NCBI GenBank assembly: GCA_016124645.1
Contig: WGNE01000005.1
Span: 6,103 to 70,102, forward strand
Direction: 5' to 3'
DNA from: Alphaproteobacteria bacterium
GTDB taxonomy: Bacteria; Pseudomonadota; Alphaproteobacteria; Micavibrionales; UBA2020
Length of the DNA: 64,000 bases
The position numbers and the translations under genes are program-made. Numbering within the stretch: the first letter of the stretch is position 1; every line of letters starts with the position of its first letter. The notes beneath the pieces are model-generated. The model searched no databases, was not told the origin of the DNA, and worked only from the letters and a program-made list of their open reading frames with translations. This document shows, in pieces, positions 27,654 through 38,042 of this stretch.

Positions 27654-30600
27654 TCAGTCGCGCCCTTGCGGCCTGTCGGCGAAGGGGGCGAGGGTGAAAA
27701 TGAACCGCTGGTCAAGCCCCAGTCCGAGAAGCTGGGCAAGGGGTTCGGTGATCTCGATGATCGGCTGCGCGCTGCCAAGCGGCGTATGGTCCGAGGCGGC
27801 GGCCCGCAGCGTCGCCTGATGCGCGGCGGCGACGATGGCGGTCGTCAGCGCGGGCGGCAGGTCGGCGGGGGCCTGGCTTGTGCGGTAAATCAGCCCGTTG
27901 CCGGCGCCAAGCGCGGGGCAGCTGCCGCCATAGGCGCAGGAGAAGCGGCGGAAGTCCGCGGAGAGCCCGTTCAGCGTGTCGGACGCCGGATCGCCGCTAT
28001 AGACCAGCCAGCGGCCCGATGCCGCCGAAAGGCCGCCGTTGTTGATGAAGTCATGCGCCGAGGCCAGCGTGACGGCGTCGCCCGAACCGCCGGCCGAGAC
28101 CGTCGCGCCCGGGGCGATGGAGAGGTTGGAAGAGGCGCCGGTCGTTTGCGCCGTGACGGTTTTCGCGCTGATGCCGCCCAGCGTCATCGCCCCCGCGCTC
28201 GACAGGTTCACCGCGCCGTTCGAGGCGGCCAGCGTCACGCCCGAAAGGTCGAGCGCGCCGCCCGCCGTCATGGAAATACCGGCGTTGGATGTCGTGATGG
28301 TTCCCGCGCTCACCGCCTTGATGTCGTTGCCCGCCGTCAGGCTCAGGCTGCGCCCGTCGTTCAGGGCGAGGGTGCCGCCCTTCAGGTCCAGCGTGATGTC
28401 GCTTCCCGCCTGCAGCGAGATATCGGCCGTCTGGCTGAGCCTTTCGAGGTAGCCGGCGGTGAAGAGCGAATAGCCGTCCGTCGCGTCCCCGCGCGCGGTC
28501 GAGGCCATGGCCTGCGCCGCCTCCGTCGCCCCGCTGCCCGGCGGCAAAAGCGCCACGCCCCATTTGCCGGACTGGTATTGCTCCAGCAGCGTGCGCGCGT
28601 CGGCGGAAAGGGCTTTGTCGTAGATCGTGATATCCGAATAGAGCGCGCCCAGATAGCGCCCGTCGCCCACGTTCATGCTGCCCAGCACGAGGGGGGAGGA
28701 ATAATCGGGGATGGAAGCGCTGCTTTCGGACGCGGTATTGATGAGCGCGCCCTGGTTGTAGAGCTTCACGCGCTGGCTGCTGGTCAGCGTGCCGTCATAG
28801 ACGAGGCCGAAGAGGTTGGTCACGCCGTTGCCGTAGGTCTGGGAGGTTGCGAAGCGGTTGTTGTTCGAATCGACGTCCACGTTCAGCTTGTTGCCGCTGT
28901 AGTAGAAAAGGCTGTAGGCCTGCTGCACGCCCACGCCGTTGCGCTTGGACAGCAGGGCTTCAGCGGTCGAGCCGTCCAGCGTTTCCGGCGTGTTGGTCGC
29001 GATGATGGTGAGCCCCGCCGTGCCGTCCAGCGTCGATGAATCGGCCACCGTCATGATGTCGCTGGAACCGTCGAAGCGCAGCACGTCATGGCCGTTCAGC
29101 CCGCCGCCGATCCACAGGGGCATGGCCGCGCCGCTGGCCGAGGCGTCGTTGCCGTTCCCGCTGCTGTCCGCCCAGTTCGAGGCGAGGCCGCGGTAAAGGG
29201 CGTCGGAACTGTAGCTGGCCGTCAGGCTTTCGACCGTGGTGATGGTCGAGCCGGAAACGCCGGCGACGGTATAGGTATCCGCGCCCATGTCGTCCGCCGT
29301 CGTCGCCGTTCCCGTCGCGCCGATGCGGATGCGCGCGCCCGGCGCCAGCGACGTGGCGGAAAGCGCGCCGCTCAGCGTCAGGGTATTCGTGCCGATGCTG
29401 CCGCTGACGCTGCGGCCGGAAAGCCCGTCGGTCGAATAGGTCAGGGTGACGCTGTCGCGCGCCGTCGGGTCCAGCCAGAGTTTTAAGGAGGAAGCGAGGT
29501 CGATGCCGCCGCCGGTCGAGACATAGGCGGGATCGACGTTGCCGTAGATGGCGATGTTGTCGGGGTCGAGGAAATAGGTGCCCTTGCCGCCCGCGGGCGC
29601 GGTCAAATCGACGTTGCCCCGCGCGTCGAGATAGGCATGGCCCGATGTTTCAAGAAAGCCGCCGTCACCGCCGTTCCACCCGCCGCGCGCGAAGACGTCG
29701 CCGTAAAAATAAGTGTCCCCGTCGCTCCAGACGATGGTGCGTCCGCCGTCGCCCGCGTCGATGGCGTCGTTGTAGATCTTTGCGCCCGCCGAAACATGGA
29801 CGCTTTGCGCGGCGGGCGTGTCGCCGCCGCCAAGATAATCCCCGCCGATCTTGACGTCGCCGCCGCCCGCGCGCCCCGATGCGGCGATGACGGCCGCGGG
29901 AGAGATGCCGACGTTATCCGCCGTCACGGTGATGCTGCCGCCCGTTTCGCCCGCATTCGCGCCCGCCGCGCTCAGCGTGCCGCCCACCAGCACGGCGCTG
30001 GCCCCCTGCTTTTGCCCCTTGCCGGATGCGGCGTTGCCCGTCACGGCGTTCACGCCTTCCGCGTAAAGGGTGATCTTGCCGTTATGCTGCCCGACGCTGT
30101 TGGCCTGCACGACCCCGCTGCTGGAAACGATGCCGTTGGCGACCTCTCGCCCCGCCGCCGCGGTCAGCGCGACCGTGCCGCCGTCCGCCGCGATGATGCC
30201 GCCGTTGGAAACGAGGTGCGAAGCCGTGTCGTTGGTGACGGCGACATTGATGAGGCTGTCGCCGTACATGTCCATCGTCAGCGTGTCGCCGGAAGCCAGA
30301 TGCACGCGGCCCAGCCGCGCGGTGATGGTGCCGCTGTTAAGAACGGAAGGCGCGACGAGCCCGACCAGCCCCGCGTCGCGCGCCGTGATCTCGCCCGCGT
30401 TGGAAATGAAGGCCTCCGCCCGGCCCGGCTGGCTGAAATTCATGTTGCCCGCCATGAAATCGTCGTTTCGGATGTTCGCGGTGGTGGCGAGCAGGCTGCC
30501 GACGTTGACTTTCGCGTCCTGCCCGAAGATCAGCCCGTTGGGGTTGACGAGGTAGATTTTGCCGTTCGCGTTCAGCGCGCCCATGATGCGCGAGGGGTCC

Positions 30601-30908
30601 TGCCCGCCGATGCGGTTCAGCGCCATGGCGGAAGCGGAGGGCTGGACGAAGTTCGTCGTTTCGTTCGCATCTATATTGAATGACTGCCAGTCGATGACCG
30701 CGCGGGCGGAATTTTGCGTGACCGTCAGCGTGTCGCCGGCGGAAGAGATGGCCGCGCTGCCCGCGGAAACCACGCCGCCCGCCGGATTGGCATAGGCCGC
30801 GCCCGTCTGCGCGAAGAGGAAAACCGCCGCCAGCATCGCCGCCCCCTTGCACAGGGACTGGCGGCAAACCTTTAGAAACCAACGGGTATTTTGCAAACCG
30901 GTTACCAT
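27654..30908 (-). CDS. Filamentous haemagglutinin N-terminal (TPS) domain protein with a LamG/concanavalin A-like domain (start may be 30836)
   Basis: Signal peptide ..AYANP; IDWQSFNI, LNRIGG, LVNPNG TPS motifs; LWLD..WADSSGNGN..LRFDG..IYDKALS..YQSGKWG LamG-like region. Confidence 0.85.
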   Translation of the reverse strand: MVTGLQNTRWFLKVCRQSLCKGAAMLAAVFLFAQTGAAYANPAGGVVSAGSAAISSAGDTLTVTQNSARAVIDWQSFNIDANETTNFVQPSASAMALNRIGGQDPSRIMGALNANGKIYLVNPNGLIFGQDAKVNVGSLLATTANIRNDDFMAGNMNFSQPGRAEAFISNAGEITARDAGLVGLVAPSVLNSGTITARLGRVHLASGDTLTMDMYGDSLINVAVTNDTASHLVSNGGIIAADGGTVALTAAAGREVANGIVSSSGVVQANSVGQHNGKITLYAEGVNAVTGNAASGKGQKQGASAVLVGGTLSAAGANAGETGGSITVTADNVGISPAAVIAASGRAGGGDVKIGGDYLGGGDTPAAQSVHVSAGAKIYNDAIDAGDGGRTIVWSDGDTYFYGDVFARGGWNGGDGGFLETSGHAYLDARGNVDLTAPAGGKGTYFLDPDNIAIYGNVDPAYVSTGGGIDLASSLKLWLDPTARDSVTLTYSTDGLSGRSVSGSIGTNTLTLSGALSATSLAPGARIRIGATGTATTADDMGADTYTVAGVSGSTITTVESLTASYSSDALYRGLASNWADSSGNGNDASASGAAMPLWIGGGLNGHDVLRFDGSSDIMTVADSSTLDGTAGLTIIATNTPETLDGSTAEALLSKRNGVGVQQAYSLFYYSGNKLNVDVDSNNNRFATSQTYGNGVTNLFGLVYDGTLTSSQRVKLYNQGALINTASESSASIPDYSSPLVLGSMNVGDGRYLGALYSDITIYDKALSADARTLLEQYQSGKWGVALLPPGSGATEAAQAMASTARGDATDGYSLFTAGYLERLSQTADISLQAGSDITLDLKGGTLALNDGRSLSLTAGNDIKAVSAGTITTSNAGISMTAGGALDLSGVTLAASNGAVNLSSAGAMTLGGISAKTVTAQTTGASSNLSIAPGATVSAGGSGDAVTLASAHDFINNGGLSAASGRWLVYSGDPASDTLNGLSADFRRFSCAYGGSCPALGAGNGLIYRTSQAPADLPPALTTAIVAAAHQATLRAAASDHTPLGSAQPIIEITEPLAQLLGLGLDQRFIFTLAPFADRPQGRD

Positions 30909-31141
30909 ACTTCTATTGTATGACCAGTTCGTTAACATTAAGTGGCATTTGATTTAACTTCGGGACAAATGCCTTCTAAATTCTCTTTAAATTTTAAGCA
31001 GATTCTTCTCAAATACCCGGATTCCTTGGGAAATTTCCCAAGACCGGATTGGTCCGAATATTATATTGAACGCACGCGCGCATAAGAACGTATGCAGACG
31101 AATTTCCCGCGAATCAGCCGTTTTGCGCGGTTTTCGCCCGC

Positions 31142-33070
31142 TTACCTCCCCCAGGGCCAGTGCCGTTTTTTCTTTTTCGGCGCGGCCTTGGGCGCGGTTT
31201 TCGCCTCGGCCTTGGGCGCGTTTTCCGGGCTGGTGAGGACCGATTGCGGCACGGCGAAGCCGCTGGTGAGGTCCTTCGCATGGGGACGGACTTTTTCCGC
31301 CAGCTTGTGTTCCAGCTTGGCCAGCGCCTTGGTCTTTTGCGTCTTCATGAAACCGTTCTCGACGTACCACAGCGCGTTCTTGCGCATGGTGTGCACGGCG
31401 TAGAGATCGCAAAGGTCTTTCAGCACCGCCTTGACCTCGGGGTTCTGCTGCGCATCGACGGCCTTGACGAAACGCTGCATCATGATGCGCTCGGCATAGG
31501 CGTCGGCATAGGCCAGCATATCGTCCTGGCATTGGTTGGCGGCTTCCGCCGCGCCTTCGGCCTTGCTTATCTTCATCATCTTCTCGCTCAGCGCGTACAT
31601 CATCGCGCGCTCGCGCATGGCGAAAAGCTTGCGCTGCGTCAGCGGGTCGGTCAGGTGCGTGTCGTCCGTCTTGCCGCTGCCCGCGTTGAAATGCGCGAGG
31701 CGCTTGCGCGCGTGCAGGGCGAGCGCTTTCTTGAACTTGTCCAGTCCCGCCGCGCCGTTGAACTTGCGGGCGAGATGGGTCAGCTGGTTCTTGGCGACCA
31801 GCATGCGCAGCACGGTGTTGTCCCCCTCGAAGGTGCGGAAGACGTCCATGTCGTCGTGCAGCACGCCGTAGCGCTCGACGGAGGTATAGCCCTTGCCGCC
31901 GGTCAGCTTGCGCGCCTCGTCCACGACGGCGACGGCGTTGTCGGATGATTTCGACTTCAGCGCGGCGGCCATGGTCTCGACCTCCGGCCCGCCGCGCTTG
32001 AATTCGTCCATCAGGAAGCGGGTGGCGAAATGCATGGCGTAGGCGTCGGCCAGATGCGGCAGCAGGCGCGAATGCGTGGCCTGCTTGTCCATCAGCGTGT
32101 CGCCGAAGACCTTGCGGTCCTCCGCGAAATCGACGGCGGAGGTCAGCGCGTTCTTCGCGCCGCTCAAGGACACCATGGATACGAAGACGCGCCCGGTGAC
32201 CAGCGTGCTGATCATCTTGAAGAAGCGGTGCGATTTTTTCTTGATGTCGCTGTGGTACGCGCCTTCCTCGTCGATGCTGGCGAAGCGGTCGAGCATGGAA
32301 TCATAGGGCACCTTGACGTCCTTGAAGCCGAGGTAGCCGTTGTCCACCCCGTTGAGACCGACCTTGTGGCCGCAGTCTTCGATGGTGACGCCCTCCAGCG
32401 TCTTGCCGTCCTTGTCGCGGATGGGCACCATGAAGGCGTGCACGCCCATGCTTTCGCCCTCGGGCGACATCTTGAGCTGGGCGAAGACGACCATCATCTC
32501 CCCGTGCAGCGCGGCGTTGCCGATATAGGCCTTGCGCGCGTCGTCGTTGGGAGTGTTGATGGTGAAGCTGCGGGTTTCGTGGTCATAGACCGCCTCTGTC
32601 GAAATGCCCTGCACGTCGGAACCGCCGGCCAGTTCGGTCATCGCGAAACCGCCGAGCAAATCGCCGGCCATGACGTCGGGCAGGTACTTGCTGCTGTGCT
32701 TTTCCGTGCCCAGAGAGCCGATGCTCATGCCGAAAAGGCCGAACTGCACGCCCTGCTTGACCGCGAGGCTCATGTCCTGATGCGCGATGATCTCGACGAT
32801 GTTCATGTATTTCTCGCGCTCGCCCTCGCCGCCGTACTGTTTATCGTAAGGCAGCTTGGTGTATCCCTCGGCGATCATGTCCTTGATCCAGGCGAGGGTT
32901 TTTTCGCGGTATTCTTCCTTGGGGATGTCCGGGTGCACCGGGGTCATTTCCGGGCGGGAGATAAAGGCGCGGGCTGCATCGCGCGCTTCGGCGTAATCGC
33001 CGTCAAGGACGGCCTTGAGGCGTTCGCTCAAAGGCTTTTTATCGTCGGGCAGCTGAATGACTTTCGACAT
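31142..33070 (-). CDS. Acyl-CoA oxidase/dehydrogenase (ACOX family)
   Basis: VQFGLFG, GGFAMTELAGGSDV, KAYIGNAA, GVHAFMVPIRD, CGHKVGLNGVDNG, TFEGDNTVL, ACOX C-terminal helical domain. Confidence 0.85.
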   Translation of the reverse strand: MSKVIQLPDDKKPLSERLKAVLDGDYAEARDAARAFISRPEMTPVHPDIPKEEYREKTLAWIKDMIAEGYTKLPYDKQYGGEGEREKYMNIVEIIAHQDMSLAVKQGVQFGLFGMSIGSLGTEKHSSKYLPDVMAGDLLGGFAMTELAGGSDVQGISTEAVYDHETRSFTINTPNDDARKAYIGNAALHGEMMVVFAQLKMSPEGESMGVHAFMVPIRDKDGKTLEGVTIEDCGHKVGLNGVDNGYLGFKDVKVPYDSMLDRFASIDEEGAYHSDIKKKSHRFFKMISTLVTGRVFVSMVSLSGAKNALTSAVDFAEDRKVFGDTLMDKQATHSRLLPHLADAYAMHFATRFLMDEFKRGGPEVETMAAALKSKSSDNAVAVVDEARKLTGGKGYTSVERYGVLHDDMDVFRTFEGDNTVLRMLVAKNQLTHLARKFNGAAGLDKFKKALALHARKRLAHFNAGSGKTDDTHLTDPLTQRKLFAMRERAMMYALSEKMMKISKAEGAAEAANQCQDDMLAYADAYAERIMMQRFVKAVDAQQNPEVKAVLKDLCDLYAVHTMRKNALWYVENGFMKTQKTKALAKLEHKLAEKVRPHAKDLTSGFAVPQSVLTSPENAPKAEAKTAPKAAPKKKKRHWPWGR

Positions 33071-33241
33071 TGTTCACTCGCTATATGATTTTGAAGATTA
33101 TAAAAAATAACTGAAACTTAACGTCGTTACAACCCTGCAAATCGTCATATATACGTGAAAATCCGGGGCGGTTTTGTACTATAATGACCGGTGCCGCGAT
33201 TGCTGCGGCGCATTCTCCGGGATTATCGCAAAGCGCAGCGC

Positions 33242-33709
33242 ATGGACCTCTACCAGACCGTCAAGACCCTGCACATCATCAGCGCGACCGTGCTTTTCGG
33301 CACGGGGCTCGGCATCGCCTTTTTCATGTTCTGCGGCCGCTTCGCGAAAAACATCCACGAGCGTTACTACGCCGCAAGGTTCACCGTGCTGGCGGATTAT
33401 ATCTTCACCGCGCCCGCCGTGGTCCTGCAGCCCGCGACCGGCATCTGGCTCGTGCTGCACGCGGGCTTCGACCCGATGGCGCTCTGGCTGAAAATCACCT
33501 ATGCGCTCTATCTGCTGGCCGGCGCCTGCTGGCTGCCCGTGGTCTGGATACAGATACAGCTGAAGAAAATGGCGGCGCAATGCGCGGCGGAAGGAACGGA
33601 GCTTCCGGCGCGCTATCATCGGCTTTTCAAAATATGGTTCATCCTCGGCTGGCCCGCGTTTCTCTCCCTCGTCGCTATTTTCTACCTCATGGTGACCAAG
33701 CCGGTATGA
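33242..33709 (+). CDS. DUF2269-family integral membrane protein
   Basis: LHIISATVLFGTGLGIAFF, ACWLPVVWIQ, YLMVTKP; start trimmed to ATG 33242. Confidence 0.8.
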   Translation: MDLYQTVKTLHIISATVLFGTGLGIAFFMFCGRFAKNIHERYYAARFTVLADYIFTAPAVVLQPATGIWLVLHAGFDPMALWLKITYALYLLAGACWLPVVWIQIQLKKMAAQCAAEGTELPARYHRLFKIWFILGWPAFLSLVAIFYLMVTKPV

Positions 33710-34815
33710 CGACACGTATCCTCATCCTTGGCGGCTACGGCAATTTCGGGGCGCATATCGCGCGCAAGCTCTCTGTCGAAGAAGGGCTGGAGATCATCGT
33801 CGCGGGCCGCTCCCTCGAAAAAGGTCAGGCGCTGGTAAAGGAATTGCACGGCAACGCGAGCCCGCCGCGCGCGGTGAAGCTGGACATCGCGCAGAACCTG
33901 CCGCATGTGCTGGAGAACATGAAACCCGATATCGTCATCCATACCTGCGGGCCGTTTCAGGGGCAGGGGTATGACGTGGCGCGCGACTGTATCGAAGGGG
34001 GCTGCCATTACATCGACCTTGCCGACGGGCGCGAATTCGTTTCCGGCATTTCCGCGCTGGACGCGGCGGCGAAGGAAAAAGGCGTCGCCGTCATCAGCGG
34101 GGCGAGCTCCGTGCCGTGTCTCACCGCCGCGGTCCTCGACCATCACCTGCCGCAATTCGGCAAGCTGAAAGAAATAGATTACGGCATTTCCACCGCGCAG
34201 CGCGCGAACACCGGCCTTGCGACCACGGCGGCGGTGCTGGGCTATGTCGGCAAGCCGTTCAAGACGCTGATCGGCGGGAAGATGCGCGAGGTCCATGGCT
34301 GGCAGGGGCTGGCGCGGCGCAAGTACCCCGGCCTTGGCGCGCGGCTGCTGGGCTATTGCGACGTGCCGGATCTCGATATTTTTCCGACGCGCTACGAGAG
34401 CCTTGAAACCATCCGCTTTCGCGCGGGGGCGGAGCTTTCCGTCATCCACCTCGGCCTTTGGGGACTGTCGTGGCTGGTGCGCGCGGGGCTGGTCAAAAGC
34501 CTTGCGCCCATGGCCGGGCGGCTGATGAAGATGTCGCATTGGCTCGACGCGCTGGGCAGCGACAAAAGCGGCTTTCACATGTACATGACGGGCACGGACG
34601 CGCTGGGCAAGCCCAAGACCGTGCGGTTTTATCTCATCGCGAAATCGGGCGATGGGCCCTTCATCCCCTCCACCCCCGCCATTCTCTGTGCGAAGATGCT
34701 GGCGCGCAGGGAATTGCAGCGGCGCGGCGCCTTTCCCTGCGTCGGCGTCATTTCCCTCGTGCAATATCTGGAAGGGCTGTCAGGTCTCGACATCACGCCG
34801 GTTTTCGACGCCTAG
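33706..34815 (+). CDS. Saccharopine dehydrogenase-like NAD(P)-binding oxidoreductase
   Basis: ILILGGYGNFG, IHTCGPFQ, HYIDLAD, ISGASSVP; ATGA overlap with the DUF2269 gene. Confidence 0.85.
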   Translation: MTTRILILGGYGNFGAHIARKLSVEEGLEIIVAGRSLEKGQALVKELHGNASPPRAVKLDIAQNLPHVLENMKPDIVIHTCGPFQGQGYDVARDCIEGGCHYIDLADGREFVSGISALDAAAKEKGVAVISGASSVPCLTAAVLDHHLPQFGKLKEIDYGISTAQRANTGLATTAAVLGYVGKPFKTLIGGKMREVHGWQGLARRKYPGLGARLLGYCDVPDLDIFPTRYESLETIRFRAGAELSVIHLGLWGLSWLVRAGLVKSLAPMAGRLMKMSHWLDALGSDKSGFHMYMTGTDALGKPKTVRFYLIAKSGDGPFIPSTPAILCAKMLARRELQRRGAFPCVGVISLVQYLEGLSGLDITPVFDA

Positions 34816-37800
34816 GAAGGCTTTACGGGTTTTTCCAGCGGAATGCCGTCGTCGCGCAGCACGATATAGATGGCCGGAATGACCAGCACCGTCAGCAGCG
34901 TGGAGGAGGCGAGCCCGAAGAGCAGCGAAATCGCCAGCCCCTGAAAGATAGGGTCCGACAAAATCGTCACCGCCCCGATCATCGCGGCCAAGGCGGTGAG
35001 CAGGATGGGTTTGAAGCGCACCGCGCCCGCCTCAAGCAAGACCTCGCGCAGCGGACGCCCGGGCGTGCGACCGTGGCGGATGAAGTCGATGAGCAATATC
35101 GAGTTGCGCACGATGATGCCCGCCAGCGCGATGAAGCCGATCATCGAGGTCGCGGTGAAGGGCGTGCGGAACAAGAGGTGCCCGAAAATGATGCCGATGA
35201 GCGTGAGCGGCACGGGGGTCAGGATGACGAGGGGCAGTTTGAAACTCCTGAACTGCGCCACCACCAGAACGTAGATGCCCAGAAGCGCGGCGGCGAAGGC
35301 GATTCCCATGTCGCGGAAGGTGACGAAGGTGATCTCCCACTCCCCGTCCCAGAGCATGGCGGGCTTACTCTCATTCTGCGGCTGGCCGTGGTAGAGGATG
35401 GCGGGGCGTTCCAGCCCCTGTTTTTTCCAGTCGAAATCTTTCACCAGCTTGTCCACGTCCAGCATGGCATAGACGGGCGCTTCGAACTTCCCGGCCAGCT
35501 CGGCCGTCACCATGTCGGTGTCGTGCCCGTTGTGGCGGAAGATGAGGGGGGAGCCTTCCTCCGCGCTCACCCGCACCACGTCGCCCAGCTCCACCACCGA
35601 CTTGTCTCCGGGGATGGCGTTGGCGGGCACGGGCGTCGCCATTAGCCGCGCGGACCATGTCTTCGCGTCTTTCGGCAGCGCGACGGTGATTTCCAGCGGG
35701 CTGCGCCCGTCGCCGCGGTAGGAATAGCCGACCGCCGTGCCCGCGAGAAGCTTGTGGATGGTGTCGTAAACATCCGCCTGCTCGACGCGGTAGAACTCCA
35801 GCTTGTCCTGGTCGATGGAGATGCGCAGGCGCGGGCGGGGCTGGCCGATGGAATCGTCGATATCGACGATATAGGGCACCTTGGCGAAAAGTTTCTTCAG
35901 CACGCCCACGGTCGCGTGGCGGGTTTTCTGGTCCGGCCCGTAAACTTCGGTCAGCAGCGTGGCCAGCACGGGCGGGCCGGGCGGCACTTCGACGACCTTG
36001 GCGACGGCGCCCGCGGGCAGCTTCAGCGCGTCGATCTTCTTGCGAAGCTCGAGGGCGATTTCATGGCTTTCGCGCTTGCGCTCGCCCTTGGGCAGCAGGT
36101 TGACCTGCACGTCGCCCAGCTCCGGCGACTGGCGCAGGTAGTAATGACGCACAAGGCCGTTGAAGTTGAAGGGCGCGGCGGTGCCGGCATAGACCTGCAG
36201 CGATTGCGTCTCGGGCAGGCCTTCCGCCGCTTTGGCCAGCTGGAAGAGCACGCGCTCGGTATCCTCGAGGCTCGCGCCCTCTTTCAGGTCGGTCACGATC
36301 TGGATTTCCGACTTGTTGTCGAAGGGCAGCAGCTTCACCGTCACGCTGCGCGTCATGAAAAGCGCGAAGCTCGCCAGCGTCAGCACGCCGATGGCGACAA
36401 GGAAGGTCCAGGCCGATTTTTTCGTGCGGATGACGGGCGCGGCGACGCGGCGGTAGAGCGCGCCCAGCTTTCCTTCCGCCGGTTCATGCTCCGCGTCCGG
36501 CCCGGCGTCCTTGCCGGAAATGCGCAGCATCAGCCACGGCGCGATGATGACGGCGACGAAGAAGGAAAACAGCATCGCGGCCGAGGCGTTGACCGGAATG
36601 GGCGCCATATAGGGACCCATAAGGCCCGAGACGAAAAGCATCGGCAACAGGGCGGAGATGACCGTCAGCGTCGCCACGATGGTGGGGTTGCCGACCTCCG
36701 ACACGGCCTCGATCGCCGCTTCCATGCGCGGGCGGCCGTCGTTCATCGCCCAGTGGCGCGCGATGTTCTCGATGATGACGATGGCGTCATCGACGAGGAT
36801 GCCGATGGAGAAGATGAGCGCGAAAAGGCTGACGCGGTTGATGGTATAGCCCATCAGGTTCGCCGCGAAAAGCGTAAGCAGGATGGTGACGGGGATGATG
36901 ACGAAGGTCACAGCCGCCTCGCGCCTGCCGATGGCGAAGGCGATGAGCGCGACGATCGAAAGCGTCGCAAGGCCGAGGTGGAACAAAAGCTCGTTCGCCT
37001 TCTCGTTCGCGGTCTCCCCGTAGTCGCGGGTGATTTCCGCATGGATGCCGGGCGGCAGCAGGCGGGTTCTTAAATCATCCACGCTCTTGATGATGTTGCG
37101 CGAAACGACGACGGCGTTCGCTCCCGCGCGCTTGGCGATGGCGATGCTGACGGCGGGCGCCCTGCGCCATTTGCCGTCCGCGTCGCGCCCCATGTTCCAG
37201 ACGCGGCGCTCGACGGGCTTGGGCCCCACGATGACGCTGGCGACGTCCTTGACGTAAACCGGCCGCCCGCTGCGCGCGGTCAGCAGCAAAAGCCCGATGT
37301 CCGGCAGGTCGGAAAGCGTCTGGCCGGCGACGGCGGTGTATTCGCGCCCGTTTTCGCGCAGCCCGCCCGCCACGAAGGCGCGGTTGGCGCCCTGTATCTT
37401 CGCGGTCAGCTGTTGCAGGGTGATGCCGTAAAGGGCGAGTTTTTCGGGGTCGGGCTCGACCCGTATCTCCTCGGGGTCCGCGCCGACGATGTAGTTGAGC
37501 CCCACGTCCTTGACCTTGGCCAGCTCGGACTGCAGCTTGACGGCCAGCTCGGTCAGGTCCGGTGCGTTCCAGCGGTCCGCGACGGCGGGGTCGGGCGAAA
37601 GGGTGATAACGTCGATCGCGACGTCGTTGATGCCGCGCGCGACGATGAGCGGTTCCGGGATGCCGATGGGGATGCGATCAAAGTTGGCGCGCAGCTTTTC
37701 ATGCACGCGCAAAATCGCCGCGTCCTCGCTGGTGCCGACGTAAAAGCGGGCGGTGACGGCGACGCGGTCGTCCTGCGTCTGGCTATAGACGTGCTCCACC

Positions 37801-38042
37801 CCGTCGATGCCGCCGATGATTTCCTCCAGCGGCTTGGTGACGAGCTCGGCGGCGTCCGCCGCCTTCAGCCCGTCGGCCTGCACGAAGATATCGACCATCG
37901 GCACGTGAATCTGCGGTTCTTCCTCACGCGGGATGGAGGAAAGGGCCATCACCCCCAAAATCAGCGCGGCGACGAGGAACAGCGGCGTCAAGGGCGAGCG
38001 GATGGAGGCCCGCGTGAGCCAGCCGGAAAGTCCGGCTTTCAT
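34812..38042 (-). CDS. RND efflux transporter permease subunit
   Basis: 1076 aa; PREEEP, GILVDDAIVIIENI, VRNSILLIDF, RFKPILLT. Confidence 0.93.
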   Translation of the reverse strand: MKAGLSGWLTRASIRSPLTPLFLVAALILGVMALSSIPREEEPQIHVPMVDIFVQADGLKAADAAELVTKPLEEIIGGIDGVEHVYSQTQDDRVAVTARFYVGTSEDAAILRVHEKLRANFDRIPIGIPEPLIVARGINDVAIDVITLSPDPAVADRWNAPDLTELAVKLQSELAKVKDVGLNYIVGADPEEIRVEPDPEKLALYGITLQQLTAKIQGANRAFVAGGLRENGREYTAVAGQTLSDLPDIGLLLLTARSGRPVYVKDVASVIVGPKPVERRVWNMGRDADGKWRRAPAVSIAIAKRAGANAVVVSRNIIKSVDDLRTRLLPPGIHAEITRDYGETANEKANELLFHLGLATLSIVALIAFAIGRREAAVTFVIIPVTILLTLFAANLMGYTINRVSLFALIFSIGILVDDAIVIIENIARHWAMNDGRPRMEAAIEAVSEVGNPTIVATLTVISALLPMLFVSGLMGPYMAPIPVNASAAMLFSFFVAVIIAPWLMLRISGKDAGPDAEHEPAEGKLGALYRRVAAPVIRTKKSAWTFLVAIGVLTLASFALFMTRSVTVKLLPFDNKSEIQIVTDLKEGASLEDTERVLFQLAKAAEGLPETQSLQVYAGTAAPFNFNGLVRHYYLRQSPELGDVQVNLLPKGERKRESHEIALELRKKIDALKLPAGAVAKVVEVPPGPPVLATLLTEVYGPDQKTRHATVGVLKKLFAKVPYIVDIDDSIGQPRPRLRISIDQDKLEFYRVEQADVYDTIHKLLAGTAVGYSYRGDGRSPLEITVALPKDAKTWSARLMATPVPANAIPGDKSVVELGDVVRVSAEEGSPLIFRHNGHDTDMVTAELAGKFEAPVYAMLDVDKLVKDFDWKKQGLERPAILYHGQPQNESKPAMLWDGEWEITFVTFRDMGIAFAAALLGIYVLVVAQFRSFKLPLVILTPVPLTLIGIIFGHLLFRTPFTATSMIGFIALAGIIVRNSILLIDFIRHGRTPGRPLREVLLEAGAVRFKPILLTALAAMIGAVTILSDPIFQGLAISLLFGLASSTLLTVLVIPAIYIVLRDDGIPLEKPVKPS

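Noticed and set aside
30931-30997. Cluster of TTAA half-sites upstream of the TPS gene as CtrA boxes
   Set aside because: No pair has 7-nt spacing; general AT richness explains them.
34812-38042. Calling the RND a CusA/CzcA heavy-metal pump
   Set aside because: No outer-membrane factor, CusF or metal-sensing two-component system nearby; the context is sulfide-related, so no gene symbol was assigned.
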